A stretch of 64,000 bases of DNA from Spirogloea muscicola (taxonomy: Eukaryota): positions 994,019 to 1,058,018 of the forward strand of contig WELB01000011.1 of assembly GCA_009602725.1 (NCBI GenBank). Direction: 5' to 3'. Below, one piece after another: positions 51,073-63,509 of the stretch; positions within the stretch are counted from its first letter, which is position 1, and each line of letters begins with the position of its first letter. Both the position numbers and the translations under genes were made by a program. The notes under the pieces are model-generated. The model saw only the letters and a program-made list of their open reading frames with translations, did not search any database and was not told the origin of the DNA.

Positions 51073-53879
51073 TCAGCTGTCGCTCATGAGGTCGTCAAGG
51101 CTAAACTCCTCTTCTGCAGGTGGCTGCCCGTCCTTGCCGTCCCACGGCTCCGTCTCTTCGACGGGCGGAACAACCTCCACAGACTCGGAGCCGCGCCCTC
51201 CCAGCCCAGCCTGCTGCACAAAGTCGCTGAACACGTGGACACGTGGACACAGAGATGTCTCTGCATCAGCGAAGACTGTCATGACCATGGCCAAAGTTGA
51301 CTATTTGTGTAAGGCAAACAAGAAGACTTGTTATGGAGCCTCCCTCTGCATCCTGACAAAGACATTGCACTTATATCTGAATGAAAAGTCTTGCTGTTAT
51401 TGAGGCTGTCAATCTGGCAAGTGGACCCTTCAGAATTGCAGTAGTCAAAAGCAATGTGGTTGTGTCGGGCGAGGCTTATACTCACATAATCGGCTGCTTG
51501 TCAAAATAACCCTTGAAGGGGACAATAAGCTGCTTCTTGACGCTTAGCGCCACGAGCGCAGGGTACCCGTAACCGCCCACGCCCACGGCCTTCTCAAGTG
51601 CCGCCTGCTTGCTGGCTTCAGCCCACACATAGCTGCTTGGCCGCCCCACCCAGTCTACTGGTCAGGCCAGCTTGATGGAGTGCACAATTTCCAGCATAAA
51701 GATGTGCAAGGTGGTTAAGCTGGACGTTGGCAGAACCATATGAGAAAGTCTAAGACAAGGAGACTGCACCTGTACGCACTCTTCTTGAAGTGCTCACTGA
51801 CTTCCTTGAGGATACCAAGGTATTTGTTGCGCCCCTCAGCTCCAGTGTCCAGGATGTTTGGGAGGAAAGCCAGGAAGCAGATGGTGGACTTTGCACAATA
51901 CTGGTCCAAGACATTCTGAAGGCACATGCCGATAAGCACTGTAAGTCAACCACTGAGACCAACTGGGCTGCCAGCACAACTAGCATAGTCTGTTGAGTGA
52001 CGTCAACCTCTGCTGCACAGATGTAGTGCTTTACTCGTCATTTCAGCTCACCTGATTGCTGAGCTCCAGCACCTCAGGAGCAACTGCGTTCGCTTCTAAG
52101 TGGTCCTGAGCAAAGCTCTCAATTGCTGATGCAGATCTTGGACCTTCATAAGGAACAGGGCTCTCCTTGTCGGCGCCAAAGACCAGGATGGTGGGAAAGC
52201 CCTTGATACCATACTTCCTTGCTAAAGTCTGCAAACATCAATCCAATTTGTGCAACCAAAAACAGTGAGAAACTTGCAGACATGCACTTTGCAGACTGCC
52301 ACCAGCGTGCAGTCTTGACGAGTGTACTGATCGCCATGCGGTCCAACGTCCAAGTCAGCTGATGCTGTCTATCCTGGTCAGATGCAAGTGAGAAGTACTA
52401 GCCGTCTCTGAGGTGCTAATGCCCTGACAGTCATACGGCTGACAAAGAGAAAATGCATCATACTTCTTCCACAGTACAGTCCACCTCCCCCAGCTTGACT
52501 TGCCCCTGCAGGGACTTGGCGGCACGCTTCCATTCTGGCGCAAGTTTCTTGCAGTGCCCACACCTGTCAAACGCCTGCAGTTTTTTGTCACCTTCAACAA
52601 GTTCAATGTGCAGGTGGCCACTCAAAGTAGGCCGAGCTGAGTCCATGGTCGAAGTCAGATAAATGTGGCCCTTAGCGTCTGATTGCATGCGGCTCGAGAT
52701 CAGGGGAGGAGAGCGTAAGCAGCCATACCATGGAGCAAAGAACTCCACCAGCCAGAGATCGGTGCTCTTCAATACTTGCTCCTCGAAGTTGCTGCTCGTA
52801 AGAGTCACAGACCCACTCTTCTCACCTGAGCTGCTGCCGCCCTTCCCACTGCCTCCCGTGGCCTTCCCGGACAGTCTTGCCTGTACAAGGCTCTTCACCT
52901 GCACCAGATACCCAAAGAAGCGTAAGAGCAGTGACGTCAAGAGTCACTAAGCCAACACATGTCTCATTAAAGCTCACACTGTGCAATGCAAAGTCATTGT
53001 CCAAAGCTGATGTCAAAAAAGGTTGTCAAACCCCTGTCCTCTCTGACTTGAAAATCGCACCAAAACCTGGGTCAACTGTGATATGACTTTGAGCAGCCTC
53101 TAGCTCCTACCTGGCTGAGCGCAAAGTCAACAATGGCTTTGGCATCTCTGGGCCCCTGGTAGTCGCTCAGGCCCTTCTTGCCCGGGCTGAAATATTTGAT
53201 GGTCGGAAAGCCCTGGATGCCATGGTCCTGCCATGGGCGTACACTCGAAAGCAAAAATCAAAAGTCACATCTGAAATTCACAAGCACAAAATGGTATTGC
53301 TGGTGGAGCTCTCTCTCTGACCAGCAGATTTGATCACAGAAATTGGTCTGAATCTGGGGTTTTGCCGACGCGCAGCAGACACGACGGCGGCGCTCACGAA
53401 GACGCGAGATAGTGCCCAATCACCTGTGCCAGGGACTGGTGGGCGTCGCAATCCGCGGCGGCGACAGTGGCAACGCCCTTGAGGGCCTTGGCGGCCTGCT
53501 CCCAGGCGGGCGCCAGGTTCTTGCAGTGCCCGCACCACGGCGCGAAGAACTCCACCAACACCACCTTATTGCTTTCTAGCACCTATTGGTAAGGCAGCGA
53601 CGGGCGTCTCAGGCGGCTGTGCTGCTCAGGCCATGAGCGTTGCAGCGGCTGGAGCTCGCTGGCAGTGAAGAAGCGGTCAGCTCGCCCGACACCGTTGTCC
53701 AGGCAATGGGGATTGCGCAGGATAGACCGTCGCACCTTGGCGATGAAGTTGGCGGGCGAGAGCTGCAGCACCGCCGAGTCCGGGCCGTAAAGCGCCAGCG
53801 CCGGGCCAGCGAGCGCCGCCAGGAGGACGACCGCAGCCAGCCATCGGCTGGCGGCGACGGCGGCCGCCGCCGCCGCCAT
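51073..53879 (-). CDS. Protein disulfide isomerase, P5/PDIA6 (PDIL2-2/2-3) type
   Basis: Signal peptide (..[14 protein letters not shown]), two [12 protein letters not shown] thioredoxin sites, [42 protein letters not shown], acidic tail. Confidence 0.93.
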
Positions 53880-54399
53880 GTCCGACTATGCGCCCGCACT
53901 AGCTGGCGGGTCGCCGCCTCCGAGGCTGGCACGCAGTCGGCTGGCCCGCAGGTCGCGGCTGACGGCTCGGCGAGCTGATTCGCTCCAGGTCGAGCGCCTT
54001 GGCCCGAATGCGGCGAAGCCGGAGAGCAACCAGCGGCACGGCGGCGGCTTTGGCGGCGGCGGTGGTGGCGGGCGCTCGCAGGCCCCGGGATTGGCGGCGT
54101 GACTGGCGGTGCCGAACGGGGGAAACGGGGTATCTATCCGCGACGCCGAGACGGCGACTCGGTTCAACGGAGAAGCCGCTTTCTGCCCACTCAGCCAACT
54201 GTGGTTGAGAGACGGCGGAGGCCGAACCAACGGCCACTCGCAATGGTGGTGACTGATGGAACAAGGTCCAACAGAAGAGAAAGTGGCTTTCCCCCAACAA
54301 CAAAGCCTCGTTAGCAGCCACAAGCTGCTAACCCAAGAGGAAGAAGGCGCGTCCAATCTTGAGAGGAAGCGCGGCCGGTTTGACTGGTGGCTGGGAGAG

Positions 54400-55645
54400 C
54401 AGTGGCCGTGAGAGGCCCAGCCAAAAGAGAGGAAATGCTTGCATTCCCCACTACAGAGGCGAAAAAGCTCGCCCTTAGAAGATAGGGGCTAGCAGAAGCC
54501 AGCCAAAAAAGAATGGGAAAAAACAGAGCCCCCCACCACGTCACTGGGCGGCCGTGATTGGTCACTGTTCGGAGGCAGCGGCGTTGATCGACCGTAGCCG
54601 TGGCACGATCGCTGCCGTCGGCGAGGCCGTGCCCCCATACCAACATGCAGTCGGAGCGGCTTTACTGTCTGGTGTTCTGATTCACTTGTGGGGACTAGAG
54701 TCTTCTATTGTATTTTCCGATTTGTTACCTTTGCTCCTGTTTCAACTTTGACGTCCTCTTACATACTGTCCTGGCTTACTTTGGCCTCCTCTGCGGCGTC
54801 GTGTTTCAGCCTCTTGCAGCGAGCTCAGGCTCATGCTTTGCACCAGAAAGCTGGTCGAGCTTTAGCTGGTCATGCCACGCCATTTCCCGCCGCTACCATG
54901 GGGAGCCGGTGGATTTCCATATTGCAGGCTCGCTCGCACAGGTGTATCGAATGCGCCTGCCCGTCTGGCTGCCGAGGTCCATGGCTCGCGCGTTGCATCT
55001 GCGTGCCGGTTGTGCCCTCACTGCAGCCTCTGGCTCTGGCCTGGGGACCCGCTACCAGGAGCCCAGTTTCTCCGACCTGCGGCTGCTTAGCAGGGGTTAC
55101 TGAGTTTCGCGTTCCGTCGACTTGTGGCAAGCTATGTAAATTCTCATGTCGGTATCTTTTTGGCTCTTTTTATTCTGTCCATTCTTTTAGGGCTGGCCTC
55201 TGCCAACCCCTCTTCGCCATGGGCGCGCAATTTCTTGTCAATTTAGCTGTGGCACAAGGGCTTGTCAGTCGCCGTCCAGTATTTGGGCATCGATAAGCGA
55301 CCTCTACGTGCTGACTCGTGGTTATTGAGCGGGTCAGCTTAGCAGCAGGTGATAAATATCTGTCGATGTGCTTTGCCTTTGTACTTGGCCACCCAGGCCC
55401 TCATCAATACACACTCGTTTCTATTAATGGCCTTACACTGAAGGAGATGTTTCTCTTCGGGGATCCCGAGGCCCTAAGAAGAATGCGGCTGCTGATATCA
55501 AAAGAGCGGCTGTAAAAGCCAGCCAGTTGCTTACAGAGGGTGTTCATGACTACGTATAACCCGCTACTAATTCCGCTTCTGCTTCTGGTAGCGGAGCCAC
55601 ACGCTAGGCCGAAGCGAGCTTAGTAACCCCGTGTCGGCAGTAGTA
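54400..55645. mobile_element. Nested cluster of CRE-like retrotransposon fragments (families A, C, D) in the PDI/DUS1 divergent promoter
   Basis: A family-C copy (~54770-55412) is interrupted by a family-A copy (54869-55241) with TSD TTTAGCTG. Reverse family-A end at 54465-54525; reverse family-D copy at 55480-55645 (LLPTRGY*). Confidence 0.8.
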
Positions 55646-55788
55646 GAACCAGATGAGCTGGGGTGAGGAAGAGCGGGCCCGCTGCGCAAGCCAGAGGCTG
55701 CTGCAAGAGCGCGACCGGCTCAGCGGAGGCCCTAAACCGCAAACCCTAACCCTAAAGACGGTGCGACTGCACAGCACCTGTCCCCACG

Positions 55789-55819
<31 letters not shown>

Positions 55820-55895
55820 CGGCGCGCTGCCTGCAGCGGCGCAGCCCGCNNNNNNNNNNNNNNNNNNNNNNNNNNNNNNNNNNNNNNNNNNNNNN

Positions 55896-57882
55896 CGGAG
55901 CCGCGGGCGACGGCGGGGCCGTGCGGGAGCGCCGCGCGGCGGCGGCGTGGGAGCACTTTTGGCGGCTGGGGTCGCCGGCGTGGCACGTGGCGCCCATGGT
56001 GGACCAGTCGGAGCTGCCGTTCCGGATGCTGTGCCGCCGCCACGGCGCGCACGCCGCCTACACGCCCATGCTCCACTCCCGCCTCTTTGCCAGCGACGCC
56101 AAGTACCGCCGCGCCGAGTTCTCCACCTGCCCCGTTAGCCCCCTGCCCCATTGCTTGCCTACCCCAGCTGCCGGCCTCGTCGCAGAGGCCTCCAGAGGGG
56201 CTCCTGAGCCGGGCTTTGCTACCAGCGGCCAGCGGCCACAGAGCGGTCTCTGTCTCAGAGTACCATGTTCGTTTGCCAGGCTGCCCATTGAAGCCTTGGT
56301 CAATGGTACACGACACAGTCATGGCTGCTCTCGCGGCAACCGCCTCGGCTGGTCACTGCGGCCAGAGTGACCAAGTCCGAGGTTCCACGCGGTGCTGGTC
56401 CTTGTGCAGGAGGATCGGCCGCTGTTTGTGCAGTTCTGCGCCAACGATCCGCAGACGCTGCTGGCTGCAGCCAAGCACGTCGAGAACGACTGCGACTACA
56501 TTGACATCAATCTTGGGTATATTGATATTCTATAGCCGCTTCCCGAGGGATGTGTGTATTGTGCCAGCAATGGCTACTATAGCAGCAAGAAAAGTACAAG
56601 GTGATTAGATTAGAAGCATAGGAAGAGCCTAAGCAATGGGCAGGGTGAGGCTCGTCACGTGTGACAGACACCTACTTGTAGCGGCCATCCAGGCATGCAG
56701 CTGAAGATCTTCTGTCCTGCATGTCACTCTGAAAGCTCCACGCTTGACAAGGGGTCTTGCACCTTCTGCCGCAGGTGCCCACAGAGAATTGCCAAGCGGG
56801 GCTACTACGGCGCATTCCTGATGGACAACATGCCCCTCGTCAGGTCGCTGGTGGAGACCTTGGCAGCGGGCGTGAGCACGCCCGTCTCCTGCAAGATCCG
56901 CCTCTTCCCCCAGCTCGAGGACACAATCGCCTACGCCAAGATGCTGGAGGACGCTGGGTGCTCACTGCTGGCTGTGCATGGCCGGACGCGGGACCAGAAG
57001 TGCGGGCGGGCCGTGAGGGCCGACTGGCCGGCAATCCACGCTGTGCGGCAGGCCGTGTCCATCCCCGTGCTCGCCAACGGCAATGTGCGGTGGCTGGAGG
57101 ATGCAGTCGAGTGCATGCGCTTCACAGGCGCGCAGGGCGTGATGTCTGCGGAGTCACTCCTGAGCAATCCAGCACTCTTCGCAGGACACCGCATGCCTGC
57201 CGAGAGCGGCAGCAGCATTGAGAGCGTGCTTCTGCAGGAAGGCCGGGATACACGGCCACGGACCCCTTGTGAGGCCTCTGCAACCTTGGCGGCTGCAGCT
57301 GAGACTCGGGTGCTCGACCGTGAGCCCTGCAAAGACCAGAAGGCTGATGTCTCAGCAGCGGTCGAGGTCGTCGCAAGTCAAGTCGAAGGAGGTGAGCACG
57401 AGCTGGATGGCAGTGAAAAGAACGGCAGCGGAGCTGGCGAGGCTGCTCCTGACCAGCTGTCATTGATGGCGGAGTACCTGGACCTGTGCAACGCCTATCC
57501 CGTGCCTATGCGCATGATTCGCGCGCATGTCCACAAGCTCCTAGGTTCATGGTTCCGTGTGCACACGGATCTGCGTGAGCGGCTGAACCGGGAGCATAAG
57601 CCGTCGCTGCCCTGGCTGCACTCGATTGTGGTGGAGATTCGCAAGAGAAACTCCAGAGTTCCATCGTTGAGGCCCTTAAGCGAGAAAATGCTGGGCAACA
57701 GTGCCGCGCCGGGGACTTTGGGCACCGTCGAGCACCCTGGAGCAACTCCCTGCCCCAAGGGGACCCAGACGGACGCCAGACCGCAACAGTCATTTGAGTT
57801 TCCTTCAAAGGAAGGGCTCATCTGTGGGGACGTGCTTGGCAGCAGCAGTGCGTCAGCTGCAGCAGTCACAACAGTTTCTTAG
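55896..57882 (+). CDS. DUS1: tRNA-dihydrouridine synthase DUS1-like; 5' end in or near the gap
   Basis: [106 protein letters not shown]. Confidence 0.95.
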
Positions 57883-60010
57883 CGTATTTATACTCCAAGA
57901 CAAGTTCAAGTTGTTACAATCTCGAATTGGAGAGTCTACAGCACATTCACTTAACATGCAAGTCGTGATACATGCACCTCTCGGTTACTCCTGCTCAGCT
58001 CCTTGCTTTGCACCAGTTCATCTGACTAAACAAGGTATGCAGGTAATACTTATGGCCTGGCAGAGGTGCCATCTCTTGAAGCGCAGCTTAATGATATAAG
58101 TGTAACAAAGATGTCATCAAAATGCTATCGTGCCATTGCTTGTCGCCACATGGAGGTCTAGGCACAACCCTCAAATGCCCCGTGGACGTCTTTAGCTGGC
58201 CAGACATCTCACCTCCTACAGATTGCAGCTTGGGTTTAGTTCATGAGTTGACTCGAGTTCATGGCCACAGGTTGTCGCTGTGCCAATTGTCGTCCTTAGA
58301 CATCAGCAATGTTGTGTGAGCCGCTGCCGGGCCTGATGGCAATAAGATACACAAGCGTGCATGGCGAAGCAGTCCCCGCCACAGTTGGCATTAGAGCGAG
58401 GAATCGTTGCCACTAGGCAACTGTTGTCAACAGCGTCACATGGCTCACTTCCTCCAGTCAACAAGCTGAGCGGGACCACGGGGTCCAGCTACAGCCTTGT
58501 ATATATCCTAGTATAGGCAGCAGGTAGTACAAGAGTGAAGATAGACTTAAACTAGAGAGTTCGCATATGCCCGTGTATGAGTGTTCCACAATGCGCTCTT
58601 CTGCTTTGTCACAACAAGCAGCAGTAAGTAGTGGTCACCGCAAAGGCTCGTCCCATCTCTTACCAAGAAATGGCTGGCCATCTCCGTCTCCCTCGGGCCT
58701 TCGCAGTAATGTGCTCAGAAGCGCGCTCCTGCACTTGTAAAGCCCCGAGGTCGGCTACAGTGACGAGTAGGTCCTCATCGCGGCGCAGCAAGGGCAGCCA
58801 TGGGGGCGAGCCGCCACGCCTGCGGCGCTGGGCAGCAGCCGCCGCTTATGTCAGGCACGCTGCTTCTCCTCTCCGAGCCATGAGCGGGGGTAAGCGGCTC
58901 CATCTTCTAAGCTGCGCGTACTGCCCTGAGCGAATGGCGGGCCACGATGCTTATTTGCGACGCCACTTTGATCACTACAAGTAACTGGCTGCCAAGTCGT
59001 AGGACAGAGCACCATTGCAATACGAGGTGAGGCCGCCAGGCTGGCGTGCGTTGACTTAGTGGGCATCTGTATTTGCAATGCGCATGCATTTCGCAAACCG
59101 GGCAGAGGTGACGATGGACGCCCACGACATTCAAGACCTGGTCGCTGTGATCACTCGCCTTGGCCATAAGGTCGGTGGCCGTCATTGAGCAAAGGCACTG
59201 GTACGTGTAGAACAGCCTGCTCAGGCCTGTGCTTCCGCTTGAACACTGACAAAGACGGACCTTTTTCTTAAGCACTGACTAGAGCTTCTCGAACCCCTCT
59301 GCCCGCCACATTTTTGCCCAGTAGCAGGCATCAATACAGCAGCAGCCGAGCTGTCAAGTTCCCAGCTCTTATGCACATGTCGTTGCACACGGTTGCTTAT
59401 ATTGGTGCAATGCCTGTTAGCCTTTGCCTTGCACCTTCTGGCTTGTCTTGCCTTAGCTGTTGTTTCATCTTTTGCGGTGGGCTTGTTCCGGGCACCATAT
59501 CTGTGTTGATCTCAAATTGCTATCTTGCGCATCTAAGATCACCACAGTCCCTCCCTGCAGCTGCTACATTGCGCTGCGCTTCCCTGCCAGCACCATTCTT
59601 GCCCCGATGTTTCTCGTGCAATCATTCGGCTGGCTGCTCCCAGCATGCGTCTTGGAGGGGCTCTTTTTGGTTACTAGGCCCCTCTGCTTTTGGTCGGTGA
59701 CAGATTCCTCCCTGCCGCTTGTACCTGATAAATACGAGCTGTTAAGCATATTGAGGAAAGACAGAGGGAATTGGGCAAGCACAGTTGGGAAGCACAGCCA
59801 TCCTCTGTTAAAGGCGGCCTTTCACAGCCTGCCACCCTCGGGGCAACATCCGACTTGTCCATCCTTCCAGTGACTCCATCCTTTCAAGTCATGATCAAGC
59901 CGTACGCAGGATCAGTGCTTGCGTCTGAGGGACGCAGACTGAATTCAATAGTGCAGCAGATAAGAATGAGCTGCTTCTCTTCACAGCCACCTTCCCACTG
60001 CCATCAATTT

Positions 60011-60093
60011 TGCCACTGCCACTGCCACTGCTACTGCCGCTGCCACTGCCACTGCCACTGCCACTGCCACTGCCACTGCCACTGCCACTGCCT
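60011..60093 (+). repeat. (TGCCAC)n hexanucleotide microsatellite, ~13 units
   Basis: Directly visible, with two variant units. Confidence 0.95.
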
Positions 60094-60188
60094 CTGCACA
60101 CTCTTCAACAACCACTGCCCCTTGAAGGAGTGCACCTTCTTCTTTGGCGTAACTCTCAGATTGTGACATCTGATAATTATGGCAGCCC

Positions 60189-60939
60189 AAAAAAAAAAAA
60201 AAAAAAATCGTGTATTAGAAAGAAATGTAGGCCAAATGGCCAGGTACAAAGGCAAGCACATTTAAAAATCTACATAACCTACAGCAGATTGACCCGCTCA
60301 ATAACCACGGGTCAAAACATAAAGGTCACTACTCGATGCATGAATTCTAGATGCCAGGAACGGAGCCCTTATGCCACCTACTAGAGCTCGCCCAGCTTTC
60401 TGGTGCAAGGCACTAGCCTGAGCACGCTGCAAACAGGCCGAAACTCGACGTCGCAAGAGCGACAGATATGCAGCTGGCAAGCCCATCTCAGCCGGAAACA
60501 CATCTGCGCGTCGAGTGTAGCCTAGATTGGCAATGTTTTGAAGCAGAGTGTGGAAGCGAGGACCCAGACAGCCAAAGATGTCGATTGCAGCTGGCAGGAG
60601 TTGATCGCATTGGGGGTAATCGGAGTAATGCCGCAGTTTTCTTTGCTCTGCTCCGCCCACTGCGTGCCCAGCAATGTGTGTTGATGCTGGGCCTTTATAT
60701 GCCTCCGTAACAACAACGTCGACCAGGGCCCGTGGTCCTCCACCAGGTTGCACGCCCACAATGTCAAGTGTGCGGCGATGATGACGTCCCTGGGCGTCCG
60801 TGGTGATAGGCATGATATTGTTGACTTCCACGACCGCACGGTAGCCGGCGTCGCCCATCAAGCCCGCCAGGGCATCGCGAAGGAGGTTGTGAATGCCCAC
60901 CACTTCTGGTCCAGTGGGGCATCTCAGCATGTGAGTGGC
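60189..60939 (-). mobile_element. 5'-truncated CRE-like retrotransposon family C with intact C-terminal ORF and a T19 run at its 3' end
   Basis: ORF 60298-60930: HMLRCPTG..IHNLLRDAL...VVE...RRTLDIV...ALVDVVVT...EQRKLRHY...LQRAQA...SDLYVLTRGY*, followed by a UTR and then A19 on the + strand (60189-60207). Confidence 0.88.
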
Positions 60940-61809
60940 AAAAGAAATGAGGAGTAAGGTTTCAAAGGGGCCGGAAAGTGAAATGACGCAGCTATTTAAA
61001 TGGTTACTGCGAGGGTGCTCTATGACCCCTAGTCACCAGCCGCATGTCGGAGCAAGTAGCGGCCGCAAAGAAGCAGCTTCTCGAAGTGGGGGCGATGGTT
61101 GTGAACGGCCAGGTTAAAAAATTGCATAGATATAGAAACTCTTGGAGAATGGGCGGTGGCTGTGGAAGCAGAGAGAAGTGGCGCAACGCGCATGAGTTGA
61201 AAGAGGGGCCAAAACTAGCCAATGGACTTGCAGAAGATACTGTAGAATTTGTGACTGTACGAAACGAAGCCCTCTGCAATGGGGGGCTGAGGTGACTGAA
61301 CGTAAGCCAGCTCAATATCATTGGTGCTTTGGTGTCAAAGTTAAACTGGCAGAGATTTATTGCTCGCTCGAGGGTACTAGGGTCCCCCTTCAGTTGTGCT
61401 TTTTCTATTACACTGCTCGTAAGAAGAACTGAATGTTCTTCCTACTAAGGAGCTAAGGTACGAAAACCCGCCTCCCTCTCATTTCATATGCACCCCGCGC
61501 CTTGTGCTCACTCAGGAAATACAGATCCGACAGGTAGACTTGGAGCTGGAGCACCGACACGGAAGCCAGCGGGCTGGCTTAGTGCGAGATCAGCACGCCA
61601 GTGAATAGCCACAGCTTGGGAGCAGAAAGAAGCAGTTGCGAAAGGGTGCCCATGCCGACACACGGAAGCGGCAGCCAAGGCACGGCCGGCCAGCAAGGTT
61701 CACGACGGCGGCCCAGAGACGAGGGAGAGAAAGCGGCCGCTGACATCAAGGGGCGGCGGCTGTGAAAGCCAGCCGTGTGCATGCAGAAAAAGGGGCTCTC
61801 CGGAAGGGC

Positions 61810-63492
61810 CCCTATCCTCAGTGGGCGAGGCCCTTTCTTTCCCGTCCAAGAGCGTGGCCTGGTCCCCACACGGTCTCCTGCCAACCTTCAGCTCCCCCAC
61901 GGCTGTCAGACCCTGCCAATGGGCTGGCCATCCTCAAGGTCCCCTTCGGTACACCAGCTCACGTGGCGGTGGACTTGCGGGAACGCCTTCAAAAACACCT
62001 CGCCTTTCTCCCTTCCCTTCCCCTCCTTGCGGACACGCAGCTGGCGTTGGCCATCCTCACCCGCTGCATCGGCCAACGGGCTTGCTATCTGCAACGGACA
62101 GTCGCCCCATTGGGCATGGTGGCGGAGCTCTACAAGGAATATGATGACTCCCTTCAGCAGTCCCTGGCATCCCTACTACATTCTTCATCTTTCCCCTCAG
62201 CTTCAGCTTCCCTCCAGGCCTCCCTCCCTACAAGCATAGGCGGCCTTGGCTGCCGGTCGTTGGAGCAGACGGCGCAAGCAGCCTTCCTGGGCTGCTGTCA
62301 CCAGATCGCCTCCCTGCTCCCCATGCGCTTCCCTTGCCTACACGACCCTGTGCGCAATGTGGAGGAAGGCTCCTTCCCCTTCCAAGCGGATCTGAGGAGC
62401 ATCCGCGACTCAGCCATCAGCTCTTCCCCTCTCTCCAAACCCTTCTCACGCCATTCTCCGCCCTCGCCCAAGCTTCTGATAGAGGGGCACAATCCAGACT
62501 GGTTACGGCAGTGGAAGACGAACGCCGCAGAAGGTTGAGGAGGCTGCCAGAGATTCAGAACAATTCAAGGAGCTTGGCAAGACTTACTTCTCTAGCCACA
62601 CCTGGTGCCACTGACTGGATCACCTCTCACCCCGTCGCCAACGCCTTCAGCATCAGCTCCGAGGCTTTTCGGACATCGCTTCAACTCTTCCTCGGCCTCC
62701 CACCTAAGTGCCTGATTGGGGTGCGCCAGTGCGAGTGCGGCTTCCGTGCAGAGGGTGCTGTGCTCGCCACTCACATGCTGAGGTGCCCCACTGGACCAGA
62801 AGTGGTGGGCATTCACAACCTCCTTCGCGATGCCCTGGCGGGCTTGATGCGCGACGCCGTCTACCGAGCGGTCGTGGAAGTCAACAATATCATGCCTATC
62901 ACCACGGACGCCCAGGACGTCATCATCGCCGCACACTTGACATTGTGGGCGTGCAACCTGGTGGAGGACCACGGGCCCTGGTCGACGTTGTTGTTACGGA
63001 GGTATATAAGGGCCCAGCATCGACACACATCGCTGGGCATGCAGTGGGCGGTGCAGAACAATTAAATTGCGGCACTCCTCCAAATACCCCCAATGCGATC
63101 AGCTCCTGCCAGCGGCAATCGACATCAATGGCTGTCTGGGTCCTCGTTTCCACACTGCTTCAAAACATTGCCAATCTAGGCTACACTCGACGTGCAGATG
63201 TGTTCCCGGCTGAGATGGGCTTGCCAGGTGCATATCTGTCGCTCTTGCGACGACGAGTTTCGGCCTGTTTGCAGCGTGCTCAGGCCAGTGCCTTGCACCA
63301 GAAAGCTGGGCGAGCTCTAGTTGGTGGCAGAAGGGCTCCGTTTCTGGCATCTAGTATTCATGCATTGATAAGTGACCTTTATGTTTTGACCCGTAGTTAT
63401 TGAGCGGGTCAATCTGCTGTAGGATATGTAGATCTTTAGATGTGCTTGCCTTTGTACTTTGCCATTTGGCCTACATTTCTTTCTTATACACG
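61810..63492 (+). mobile_element. Longest CRE-like (RT + CCHC + RLE endonuclease) retrotransposon copy, family C; 5'-truncated and frameshifted
   Basis: PSKSVAWSP, GLAILKVPFG, YLQRT, QASLPTSIGGLG (RT thumb region), ARL.S...GA.DW...P, CECG..THMLRC zinc knuckle, R.D / D...T / E..K..Y RLE motifs. Split over three frames (61762, 62334, 62708). Confidence 0.85.
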
Positions 63493-63509
63493 TAATTTAT
63501 ATTTACGAA

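Noticed and set aside
55730..55756. AAACCCTA-like telomeric/telo-box motifs (also ~17515-17545, 39735-39765)
   Set aside because: Only 2-3 degenerate units. Compatible with ordinary telo-boxes, and too short to call a telomere or a functional site.
58100..59900. Short ORFs and a moderately GC-rich patch after DUS1
   Set aside because: I could not assemble a convincing spliced gene or recognise a domain. It may hide a gene or a decayed element.
59895..60261. ORFs with (GS)n, (CH)n, (PL)n, (QW)n, (AV)n repeats, including a tempting metal-binding Cys-His repeat
   Set aside because: All are translations of the (TGCCAC)n microsatellite; no gene structure is evident.
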